A DNA stretch of 64,000 bases from Balanoglossus misakiensis. Taxonomy: Eukaryota; Animalia; Hemichordata. The stretch covers positions 8,643,846 through 8,707,845 of the forward strand of contig CM082577.2 in assembly GCA_040954595.2 (NCBI GenBank). The letters run 5' to 3'. This document shows positions 28,401-40,400 of this stretch, in pieces; positions within the stretch are counted from its first letter, which is position 1, and each line of letters opens with the position of its first letter. A program made the position numbers and the translations under genes. The notes under the pieces were generated by a model. That model saw only the letters and a program-made list of their open reading frames with translations, was not told where the DNA came from and did not search any database.

Positions 28401-31400
28401 GATCACGTCTTTCAAGTTCCCTGCGTGCTGTTCCTCCAAGAGATGCTAAGCACCCAGAAATATTTCCCAATGTGCGTAACACTCCAATTTTCACACTTAT
28501 ATGTGTACAGTACTGTAAAACACTTTATTTTCGCGAGCAATAAATTTTCGCGAAAAACATGAAAGCCAAAATAGCGTGAAAATAAAAAGTCGCGTAAATG
28601 TTTTTTGAAGATAGCGATGCAGTGAATGAAATAAGAGAACGCGAAAATTAATACTCACGAAACTGGCCTCTCTCGATATCGCGAAAATTTCAACTCGCGA
28701 AAATAAAGTGCTTTACAGTATTTTATATTTTGCTAGTACTGTACATTTTGTCTGTTACAATACTGACCATTGTTACTGCCATCTCTTATAAGCAGGAACA
28801 TGTCTATAATCAGTATTTTATTTCTCCTGCAGCCACTATGCCTCTAGATTGGAAGGATGCGGCTTGGACTTGGAGAGCAAAGTTCGAAAGTCATACTACT
28901 CCCTGGTCAGAAGACTTGTGGAGGCCAGAGCTACTTTTGATAAAAGCAAGCATCCAAGGTAAGATCATGTGAGATGCTGAAATTGAAACAAACTGTGTAA
29001 GGAAAGATGAAGTTCCATAATCATTTTTTGTTGACTTTTTCTCTAAAAACCTTTAGTCTAGTCAGCGTTTAGTGTTACTGTTGGTCAGTCTAGATTTTCA
29101 TAGAGGCCCCCGAAAGCTGTTGTATCAGGTATAATGCCCTCAAGCAGTGGTGTTGACATTTTACTTGCCAAGATTTGAGTCATTAGCTAGTACATGACAG
29201 TTCCATTTTCATGTCATGAAGGACATTTTCTAACATGTGATGCTCAGCTGTGGTATGAAGAAATCTAAACGAAAATCTGAAACTGGCCAAAGTTTCCTAT
29301 GAACAAACCTTGGTGGTTTATATTGAAACACGACATACATCACAATCATTCACATTTGAATGCAACAGTGCTGACACCTGCTTTCCCCATTCGCAGATCA
29401 ACACAGTCAGCCTTTGAGTGTATGCAGGCCCTGTTACTTCATCTGCTGGATGTGGACTGGCAACCGTACGACCTCCAGTTTGTTGCTGAACTCAAAATAC
29501 CAGCATTGCTGCTCAACATCTCCAAGAGTAAGTAGTGAACATTAACCCTTATGCTACTTGGGTGTCATACCTGTTTAGAGTGTCAAGTCCCTTAAAATAC
29601 GAATTTGCCACTTTTTCTTCTAAAACATATTTTGACTGTCTTGACATGGCTCTCATACGTACTTAGTCACACACACTTGGCAGTCTGAGCTCCCCGAAAA
29701 ATGTACCAAATCTCACTGGTTTGCACTGTATTTTTCTGAGGGTCTTGTATAGGCCCTACTGATTAACACACACTTGGCAGTCTAACAGGCCTGGGAGCCA
29801 GGATTCTAGGCACCCTGGAAATCAAACCAGTTTCAACTGACTTGGCAGCGTTAGGGTTAAGCTCACTGCTGACACAGTGAACGAGAGAAACAAACTTGAT
29901 TTTTTTGTCAGGTTACAGGTATACAAACGCCCATATATGGCTGAAATGGAGTATTTGAGCGTTCTGAAGAACATATGGTGGCGCTCTTTTTTTCACGTGT
30001 GCCACCCACTGAAAATCTGTGATTGGATAGATCTCAATTTGCCATGGTTACTATAGCTAATTTTCCATAGGTGACCGTGTGTACCTTTAAGGGTTTCTGT
30101 TGCAAGTACAAGTACCAGGTTTTTTAGATGTAACTGTTGATATTTGCAAATTTTTTGATGTGCAGGTTCTGTGAGTCTGCGTGACAGTATGGTGAGTGAC
30201 AAGGATCACTCCAAGGAGCTGGAAGACTACAAGCAGTGCAAAGAATGGCTGAGGAAATGCACTGTGGGGTTTCAATCTTGGTTTAACCTGATAGAGAATG
30301 CCAGGGCTGATCAGAAACGGGTAAGGGATGGAAAACAGAAATCAAAGAGTGCTCAAAATTATCTCACTGGCAGAAAGATTACCTGATAATATTACAGGGT
30401 TCATGTCCCTCATAAGTGACATTGTACTGTTTGATGTATTGACTGAATTGTTTGAGAATTCTGAAGTTGTTAAAATCGATTTGTGCCAAGGTATAACCGT
30501 AAATCAGTGTTCAGTTCAGAATTTTATGCTTCCTTTTTGTACAAACATGGCAGTTTTTTTTGCCTTCCTGGTAAAATTCTTGTTTTGACTCATCCAGTAA
30601 ATATTATGGACAGTGAATCTGTAAGTACCATTACTTTGTATTCCAACTCTACAGGCCATGCACATGTTCGTGGCCAGATACTGCGACATGCTGGACGTGG
30701 AGATCACCTGTGATGGGTGTGGCGTCTTGTTGCCAGGGCAACGCTATCGCTGCCTCCACTGTGAAGACATGGACCTGTGCAACACCTGCTACCTTGGCGG
30801 CGTGCGACCGGAGGGACACTCAGACGAGCATGAAATGGTGCATCTCATGTAAGTCAAATGTTTGTGTTATATGCGTGAGCCAGAGTCCCTGTCTCTCCTG
30901 AAACTGTTGCCGTAAAGAGGTTGTGGTTTGCGACGACGGTTATGTGGAGCGAACTGAAGCAGAAATCTTCAAAAGCTCATGTTAGATGACATCCATCCAA
31001 TCTGTGCATGCCACCATTCCTTCAATCCTCACTTGAATGTCATCACAAGATATACATACTGTAAAACACTTTATTTTCACGAGCAATAAATTTTTGCGAA
31101 ATACACGAGAGCCAAAATAATGAAAATGAAAATGTTGCGTAATTTTTTTTTTAGGATAATGATGCAGTGAATGAAATAAGAGAACGCAAAAATTAATACT
31201 CGCGAAACAGTGGCCTCTCTCGATATTGTGAAAATTTCAACTCGCGAAAATAAAGGGTTTTACAGTACACTTCAAAGGCACTTCAACTGCAATTGTCCCT
31301 GTATACTAAAATTGAGTGCTGAGGCAGCCAAATTCCAAGCTGTTGATACCTCAAGGTATACTTGGACTTGTGTTTTCCATAATTCATGGCTATCAGAACG

Positions 31401-34400
31401 ATAAATCATACCATCTTTTTACATGGCACATGTACATATACATGTAAAGTATAATTTTGTATGTTTTATCCTTCCTGACAGGTATAAATGTGACAACTGC
31501 CAGTCGTTCATTGTTGGCACGCGCATCCATTGTAATCAGTGTGAAGACTTTGACCTGTGCTATGGCTGCTATGACAACAAAGCTTATCCCAGCAGGTAAG
31601 GGGTGATCAAGACGAAAGACGCTAGGTGATGTTCTTAGAATCATCACAATACTCAAACTCTCAAATTATTTGGTGTTCAGAGTTCAAAAATTGCAATTTC
31701 CAGACTGTAATCAAATCTTTCTGTGTATTTTTCTCCTCAGCCATAGAGCGTTCCACGAAATCAGCATAATACCACTGAAAATTGGTAAGTCTTCTGAAAT
31801 CACACTACAACACTATTTACCGTAATCAAAATCAGTACAAGATACTATTTCGCCATGAAAGATTATTACACAGCCAGTATGCAGATAGAAGTACAAGTTG
31901 TACATTTCTTTGCCTTTTCTGCCTGTGTAGGAACTACAACATAAGGTCAATATACATTTCCGTGATAAACAATCATGTTGCAAAAGTCTCTTTTTTATCA
32001 TTCTTTTACAGTTAGCAACACAAGCCAGTTGAGTACACTACCAACCTATCTCCACCACCATTCATGGGTCCAGTTTGCCGCATTGGCTTTGACACTTGCA
32101 GATGCCATCAACAACCCCAGCCAGACCAGTAAGTATCTCTCTATTGCTGCATTTCACTGTATGAGATTGATTTTATTTTAACATGCACAGGGTCTGTTAA
32201 TGGACTTTCAGGAGATGTGTTTTAATTGAAATTTGGGTCAGTTTTACTCACTGGACGAGAGTATTGACTAAAACACCCCCATTTCTGTATCCCAGGGTTC
32301 AACCATACTCATGAAAACAATAGGAAAGGGTTAAAACCAAAGCCAAATGATTCTAACTGTCGGGTACTTTATGCAAGTTAATTTCAATTTTTATTATTTT
32401 ACATGTAGTATGAAATGTTGTTTAACTGTGGCTTTGTGTATAAGGAAAAGCAGTCGACACAAGGCGAGTTTGTAATCAAAATGTGAATTTAATACAGAAG
32501 TCATGCATGCCATACAAAATCCACAGTGAAACAAATTGTATTCTTAAATTAACAAGTCTGAATAATACGAAAAGTAAACAGCTAGACCGTTTTAATAGTT
32601 CCACTCTAAATTTGTCTGCTAGGCTTTTTGTAAAAGTACATTTGTGACATATATGGAAATACTATTTTAATTATGCTTTGCTTGGCTCAGTTCTGTTTTG
32701 TTATGGATTTTCTGAATTTGTATGATGGGCTAGAGGCCTTTAAAAAGCTTTTCTAATTAATTATCAGATTTAAACACTAACAGGTGAGCTTTGTCACTTA
32801 AAGATTGAGAAGCATGACTTCAAAATGCACTGAACATCAAGCAGCATGCTATCTGTGAATAAATGAACTTGAAAATAATGTCAAAAGGTGGTCAATCCAC
32901 TGTTTACCGTCAATGACTAAACACACTAGTGCATTGAAAACAGCATTGTAAATCGTCGTGTGTCATGGGTGTGGTTTTGATGCTACTGAGAGCTTGTGAC
33001 ATGTCTATGTTCAACTGAAATGGACATCACTCTCATATGTATCCATGTGCTACTGGGCAAACACTTTGATGCAGTGGTGGAATGTATCAGCTACGACCAC
33101 TTGGCAGGGTTGGTCATCTGTCAGCGCCAAACCGATCGGATAATTCAGACGATCCTCGGCCTGGTCAACGTGACAAGCAAACTCGCCCTCGATGCCGAAT
33201 TTCAGGGTGGTGTTTCCAGCACTGACGTACACGTATCTGTCGTTGTCAACGGCGATTCCCCTCGGGTAGTTCAGCGGTTCACCCTCCGTCTTGTCGATGA
33301 AGTACAGGTGCTGGTCGTTGGCGCTGAACACCTGGACGCGGTCGTTTCCGCTCTCCGCCACGAAGACCATCCCGTTGCTCGCCACTGCGATGTGGTAAGG
33401 TTGGTTGAGTTTCCCCTCACCGTTGCCCTTTGAGCCGAATGATCTGACGTAGTCGCCGTGCCGCGTGAAGATCTTGACGCAGTGCTCACCGAAGTCTGTC
33501 ACGTAGACGTTGCCGTCGACGGCGCTGATGGCTATGCCGCGTGGGTCACTCAGTTCGTTCTCTCCGAAGCATCTGATGACGCGACCGTTGTCGTCACTGA
33601 CGACCACCAGGTGGTTAGTGCCGTCCAAGCTGTAGTAGGTGTTATCAGCTGCTACCGCGATGTCCCACGGCGTGAATTTCTTTCCCAGTCGTGGAAAATC
33701 CAGGATTCTCTTTAATTTTCCCTGTCGGGTGGTTACCGTTAATCTGTGATTGTTCCTGTCGGCCACGACAATGTCGCCGTCTCTGTTCAGAGCCACGCTG
33801 TGCGGGTAGCTGTACTGGTCATCTGCGTTCCCGTAGCTGCCGATGGTCTTCACTAATCCCTTCACGGCGGCCCGGTCGCCGTTTCCTTGCATGACCTGAT
33901 ACTCGCTCTCCGTCGGGACTTTCAGCAGCAGTCCGCCGTCTGTTGCTATGGAGACGTGTCGTCTCCTCAGCACCGGTCTGGCCAGTTTTCCGGCGGCGGT
34001 GCCCGCCTCTCGCGTCGAGACAAACTTTCCGAGGGCTCCGTACCCGCTGAAGTCGTCGCTCGGCTCGAACTCCACCGTCTGGCACTGCGCCTGCGATTCG
34101 GTTTCCGTGCCGATGAGTTCCTGCATCCGCTGCTGCGCGTCGACCCCCGTCGAGAGCAGCTCTGCGTCGTTTCCGTGGCGCAGCAGCGTTTCCACGTAAC
34201 CGTACGTGCTCTTGATGGTGCCGTGCTTCAGTTCCAGGTCCTCGGTCTTCACGCCCATCCTCTTGGCTTCGACTTCGTAGTATCTGTCGATGCCATCCAG
34301 CAGTCTCTCCTCCTCTTCTCGTATCTTGTCGATGGCCAACTCCGCCTGCACTCGGACCTTCCTCTTTTCCCTCTGGCGCCGATCCCTGAGATCCCCGTGC

Positions 34401-37400
34401 GTCTGCCTGGCCAGGGTTTTCTGCCGTTCCACTTCCTGTTCTTTGGCTTTCAGTTTGTCGACCATGGCTTGCAGGTCGACGCGACACGCCTCTGCCGTCT
34501 CTCTTAAGTCTCTGTGTGAGTGCTCGGGGATGCGGTGCTTGACGATAGTGCAGTTCGCACAGATGGGCTCTTGACAGGTCTCGCAGTAGTACTCGAGTTT
34601 GCTGCCAGGGTGGATGTGGCAACTTTGCTCTGCTTTCAGAGCCCCTGGAGTCGTCGACCGGATCTGTTTGTACTCGTCGATGGTCAGCTCTCTGTGCGAC
34701 CGTGTGAGTGGCAGGTTTCTGTGTACCTTAACGCAGATGGCGCCACACAGGTAGGTTTTGCATTCCAGGCACCTGTGAGTGGCCGGGTTGTCTTGGCAAC
34801 CTTCGCACTTAATCTCCCTCCTGGCTTCCAGCTCGGAGTTGGTCCGGTGTTTGGAAGCCTCTATTAAATTGCTCATGAAGAGGTTACCTTTAATGGCCGA
34901 GATGCCGTCGGCAGGAAGCCGAACCTGGTGTTCACATTCCGGACAGCTCAGTGATCCCTTCCTCTCCACCAGCGCTGCCAAACACTGCTGACAGAATGTG
35001 TGGAGGCACGGCAGGATTTTGGGAGTTTTGAACTGTTCCAGACAGATGGTGCAGAATAAGAAATCCTCTCCGATCGCATCCGGAGTTTCTGTTTCAGAAG
35101 TAGCAGCCATTTTGTACATGTACGTGTGCCCAGGCAGCTAGACGCAGTAGTCTGTGATTCGCAGAACCCCACAAGTTTCCCATAAAGTGGCCACAAAAAC
35201 ACATGTGTATCTGTAACTAAATGCGTCAGAAACAGGCTTTGTGAAATTTTATGAAGGCCTAGGGAGTTCTATCATTGCACTCCTATTTAGGAATGCAAGG
35301 TGGTGGTAGTTATTACAGTTGACTGATCTGAGGTCAAGGCCAGTATGTTGACAATGGTGCAGATACTAGTACTTGTGTGTCAGGCAACCCTGCGTAGTAT
35401 GTTAATGGTGGGGGGCGGGGTAACAGGTTATACAGGGTCACCTTAATTTGCATGAAAGTTTATACAAAGGTCAAATCCATAATGGCTGTTCACGTACACA
35501 GGCAAATCCTGGAAGCATTGATGTTTGACACTTTCACTGCCAATTATTTTCACTGAGCATGAATACAATGCCTGAATTTTGCATGAAGCTTACAGTGGCA
35601 ACCATATTTTGGTATGCACCCGTAAAATATTATTTTCGGTGTGCAATTTACACATAGCTTTCTCGTAGAAGTGTAATAATAATTAAAAACAGACAACTCT
35701 GAAAAAATTCAATAGCATGGCACAACTTAAAATTTAAATTAAAATCATGAAAATGATACGAAAAGATACAGACTATGGGGTCTTAGTTTGCATGAAACAG
35801 GCTTTTTCTTGTCCAGTATTTCATTCATCTCAGCCGTTATCGTGTTAGTATCTTGATTTATTTTAAGGTTTACACCATTAATGATTCTGTTGTTTGTATT
35901 TTGTCTAGGTATTGGTAGTGAGTACAACCAATTTGCCAGAGAGCTTCACCAACAGTGTATAGAACTGGCTATCACATCACTGACCTTCACAGAGACCACA
36001 GACGCTAAAGGTGAGATATTGCTTTATTGATGTACACTTGAATCTGCAGTTGAATACAGAAGATGACATAGTACTGAGTTTTCGATTCGTTCATACGTAA
36101 TTATTTATGTACCATGAGTCCTGAGTGTAATGATCGCCCATAATCTATTGTACCCACAAATAAAACATCATAGCCTTTAGTTTGGATTTCATCAGAACAA
36201 TCCCCTTCTTTATTACCACAGCCAAAGACAAAGACAAAGAGAAGGAGTCATCCCAGACAGAGAACAAAGAGACTGATGAATCAGTTGATGAAGTGGTGTT
36301 AGATAACAAGGAAAAAGATGAGTTGACGGATGAGAAGAAGGATGAAAGCAAGGAGGAAGATGAGCCAAAGAGTAAGAAACCAAAGACGGATGATGCCGAT
36401 GATGATGATTGTGATGGCGGTGATGGTGAGGAAGAGAAGGAGGAGGAGGGAGAAGAGGATGAAGAGGCAGAGGAAGAAGAGGATGAAGATGATGATGAGG
36501 AGGAGGAGGAGGAGGTCGATGACAACGAAGAAGGTGACACAGGTATGTTGTGTCCATGGTTATTATCGAATGGAATACAAAAACTGAAGGAGTTTAGTAT
36601 TGATATTTAAATTGTGTGAACAGTAAGCTCATCAGTTAATTTCTTGTTGTGTACTTGGTTATTATATCACATAGTTAGTCATAGCTTGGTGTTTGGTGTT
36701 TTTTTTGTAACTTCATCTATATTTTGCTGCAGAGGAAAGCAAGACTCGGTCTCTGGATGCTCATGAACTGGCATTTGCTGAGTGTTCACAGGAGAGGATT
36801 CTGGGATTGCTTGGAGCAATGTTACCTCAGGTATTAAACCAACCATTGTTAGTTTTTCTATCTTTCTCAGAGAGAAAATTATACCATATCTGCCATTCTC
36901 AAAGTCGTGCTATGTAGCCAGAACTTGGGTCTCATTTTCTGAGCTATGGGATATATTTTCAACAACTTACATTTTGGCAGATGTAAGAACAAAGCAATAA
37001 CATCTGGTTTATAAAATTTGACCCATTCTTGTGATTTTCCGGCTTTTCAATTGACCTTGAAACATACTATTTCTCTTTATTGCACAGAATGGCAAGAATG
37101 TAGTCTGTGCCAGCGTCATGGAGAGTTTCAAAGTGGAAACTATCCTCCCAATGCTGTTTTCCATCGCAAGGTAAACTGATTATTTTAATGCATATTATTA
37201 AATGACCAGTTTCAATAAATTTTTACATCAGTAGTGTAGTGTCACCCCCTGGACACTTACCCTTACTCTATCCCTAACACTTACACTGATTGTTGGGTGG
37301 TAAATGTTCAGGGGGTGAGCACCCTGATACCATACCAGGCATGTTTGAAGGGTTACTGTGTGTGGGAAGGACGTGAAGTAGACTGCAGATGCAAGGATGA

Positions 37401-40400
37401 CAGACTTATAAGTTTGGGACAGGACAGAAATTACAGGGGGGGTTGGGTTTTTCAAAATGCTGCTGCATGAACAGTAGCAACCGTTCAAAAACCTTTGCAC
37501 AAAAAAGTAGAACCCTACAAAAAAAAAACCACCAGCTCTACCCCTATGTAATCTCAGAGGATTCAAGAACCCTCTCCCCCCCCCCCCCTCCAAGTAATGA
37601 CTCAGTGTGTTATATTTGACAGGGGTAACAGAGGTCACGATAACAACACCCAGCATCTAGCTGTGGGTTTGTTGGGACAATTGCTGAGGAGACTGACTCC
37701 GGAAGTGTGCGACAAGGCCATCAGGGAGAACACGCCTGACGAGGGCGCTGTTGAAGTCAAGTACGACGGCTCGGAGACCACCCAGTTCTTGCTTTCATTT
37801 GGTGCTTCGTGCCTCGAGAGGTAAGAATTATACTGTAAAACACTTTATTTTCGCGAGCAATTAATTTTCGCGAAATACGTGAGAGCCAAAATAGCGTGAA
37901 AATAAAAAGTCGCGTAATTTTTTTTGAAGATAGCGATGCAGTGAATGAAATAAGAGAACGCGAAAATTAATACTCGCGAAACAGTGGCCTCTCTCGATAT
38001 TGCGAAAATTTCAACTCGCGAAAATAAAGTGTTATACAGTATATCTCATTTGCAAGGTTGTTAAATTCCTGAAATGTGATCATGTGACTTGCAGCTCTCA
38101 ATTTTGTTTGACAGTTTATACATTCAGAGAGTCCTGTCATTCAAATGACATCACGTGAATTGTATCTTGCAGAAGTGGTTTGGAGTGGGCATCCATCATG
38201 TCAGATATCCTGCAGAGACTCTGTCACTTCTCCCACTGGAAGGCTGCTCTGGCCACCAACATCAGCAAATGTCTGCAGGACCTGCCACAAGTACCCAAGC
38301 TTTCTAGTATCTTTGCGCTGTTTGTCGTGGCTGGTTTCCCAGAGGTAATATCTCAACCATTGTTTTTTTGACTGATGTTTTAGCCTACAAGAATCGGCCC
38401 AAGAAAAATGAAGTAGAACACAGCAAAATTACTTCTATCGATTGAGTACAGGAACATGGCAGTTTTTGATTACAAATTTCAGTTCTGACTTGTAGGTTCA
38501 TTTCCCTGAACTGTTTTCAAAAATTTGAAATTAAATTTGTGGTGTCGGATTTTTTTCTTTTCAGGTTCTGTGTTTAGGAACACCAGCTTTACACACCGAA
38601 ACCAGTGGAGATACCAGAGAGGCTGTAATTCTGAAACACATACCAGATGTCAACAGGGCTATCATTGTGGATGTCAAACTCAGAAAGAGAAAGCATGTAA
38701 GTTACTAGGCTTATATTTGAATTGATTCGGGTTGATGATTTGCTTTGATGATCAGAGGAAAAAGCTACCGAGTCGGTTCTAATATCACTATTGTGCATAA
38801 ACACTGGGGAAGCTACACATTAAAGCGCGTAGCTCGTCTCACGCGCATGGGCGTAACTTCCCAGCAAATTTTCCGTTCGATGCATTCAAATAATGGACTG
38901 CTTTCGCTTCCTTCCATATTTCATGCGCACCGTATAAGTAGATTCTGGTTTTGTCCCTCCTTTTCACCCAAGCTGGTGTCTTTTCCCAATCTCCAACACA
39001 GATTATGGTCGCCGCCATCTTCTCTGTTCAAAATTAGGACAGAGCACTGCCGTATGGGATTGACTGTTCACTAAACGTCTGTAACCTGCGGCTATAGTTG
39101 GAACATGCGAGTGAGACGAGCTACGCGCTTTAATTTGTTTCTGTGAATTACAGGTGAAAGAATACCAAGTGGAATGTAAGCCAGCCATCCGCGAGCCGCT
39201 GGATGCGGAGAGATTTTCCACGCTTCTGACAATCGCCAAGGATATTCTGGCATTGTCCAAACAAGGTACAGCTTCTCTGGAAAATTTTATCCGCAACATT
39301 GGAAAAGGGGAGAGACTTACTGCGAAGGATATTTTTTGTAAATAAATAAATTTCTACATTCTTGAAATTTTTGTGCACTCTTGAAAATTTAAAATCTAAT
39401 ACTTATATCTCTGAGTGACAAAGACATGAGATATTGCTAACATGACAACAATGGCGAAAACCATTTGTGTTACCTGTGCACATTGCTTTCTTGTGTGGTC
39501 AGATCAGCACCAGTGTTCGGAATTTGGGTGTGACCTGGTTGGTGTTTGATGTGTTCTAATTTCTTTCCTCCACACAGGTAAAATTCTGAATGTTGAAAAC
39601 CTGTGGGTCCTTGCTTTGACCTTGAAGGCCATCCTTGCCAATTTGCAGGTGAGCTGAGTTCAATCTTGTCAGGCCATAGTAAACTGATGATGTTGTTTTT
39701 TTTAATTGAAAATCACCAGGGCTTTGTCATAGTTAACAACATTTATTGGGAAAAATGATTCAAAACTGAAGTGATGAATGAAGCAAAGCACATGGATTCG
39801 ATGTACATTTTAATTAGTTGTGTTCATGAAATGAAATCTTTATTTTACACAAAGTATGTAGGGACTTACTGGTAAGCATGCATATTTCTCACATGATCAC
39901 AGATTTGTTTTATTCACATTAGAAACATTCAATTATTGACTGTGTGACTGTCATCTGGCATGTTGTAGTTTCTGTCCAAGGCATGTGTAGTACATTTCAC
40001 ACCATTGGATAATATTTCGCACTCATACTATTAAAGAGTGTTCATCATCCAATCTGTCAACAGAGTTCTGACGGTGTGAGGAGTGTCAATCAACTACTGG
40101 ACAGTGATTTAGTTCCTCTGTTGGTTCACATGGCGTCCAAGGGAACTGGGTTTAGTAGGCAGTGGCTACTCAAAGACCTTGAGGTAATTTGTTGCGTTTG
40201 TCTTGGAAGATAAGATCTCGCCAGAAGAAAATCTGAAAATATGTGGATACTCTGTTTGTGTGTGTGTGTGCGTGCACGCGTGTGTGTGTGCGTGCGTGTG
40301 GGTGGGTGTGAGTGTGTGTGTGGGTGCGTGCGTGTGTGTGTGTGTGTGTGTGTGAGCAGTGATTTAGCACGAACACCAAGGCTTGATATTGTGCACAGGT

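Noticed and set aside
33271-34991. Several long overlapping ORFs (e.g. 33819-34622, 33887-34507) suggesting overlapping genes
   Set aside because: Shadow frames of the GC-rich TRIM ORF; no recognisable motifs.
36145-36587. Poly-Ser, Pro/His and Arg/Met-rich ORFs
   Set aside because: Alternative-frame and antisense readings of the acidic ZZEF1 exon.
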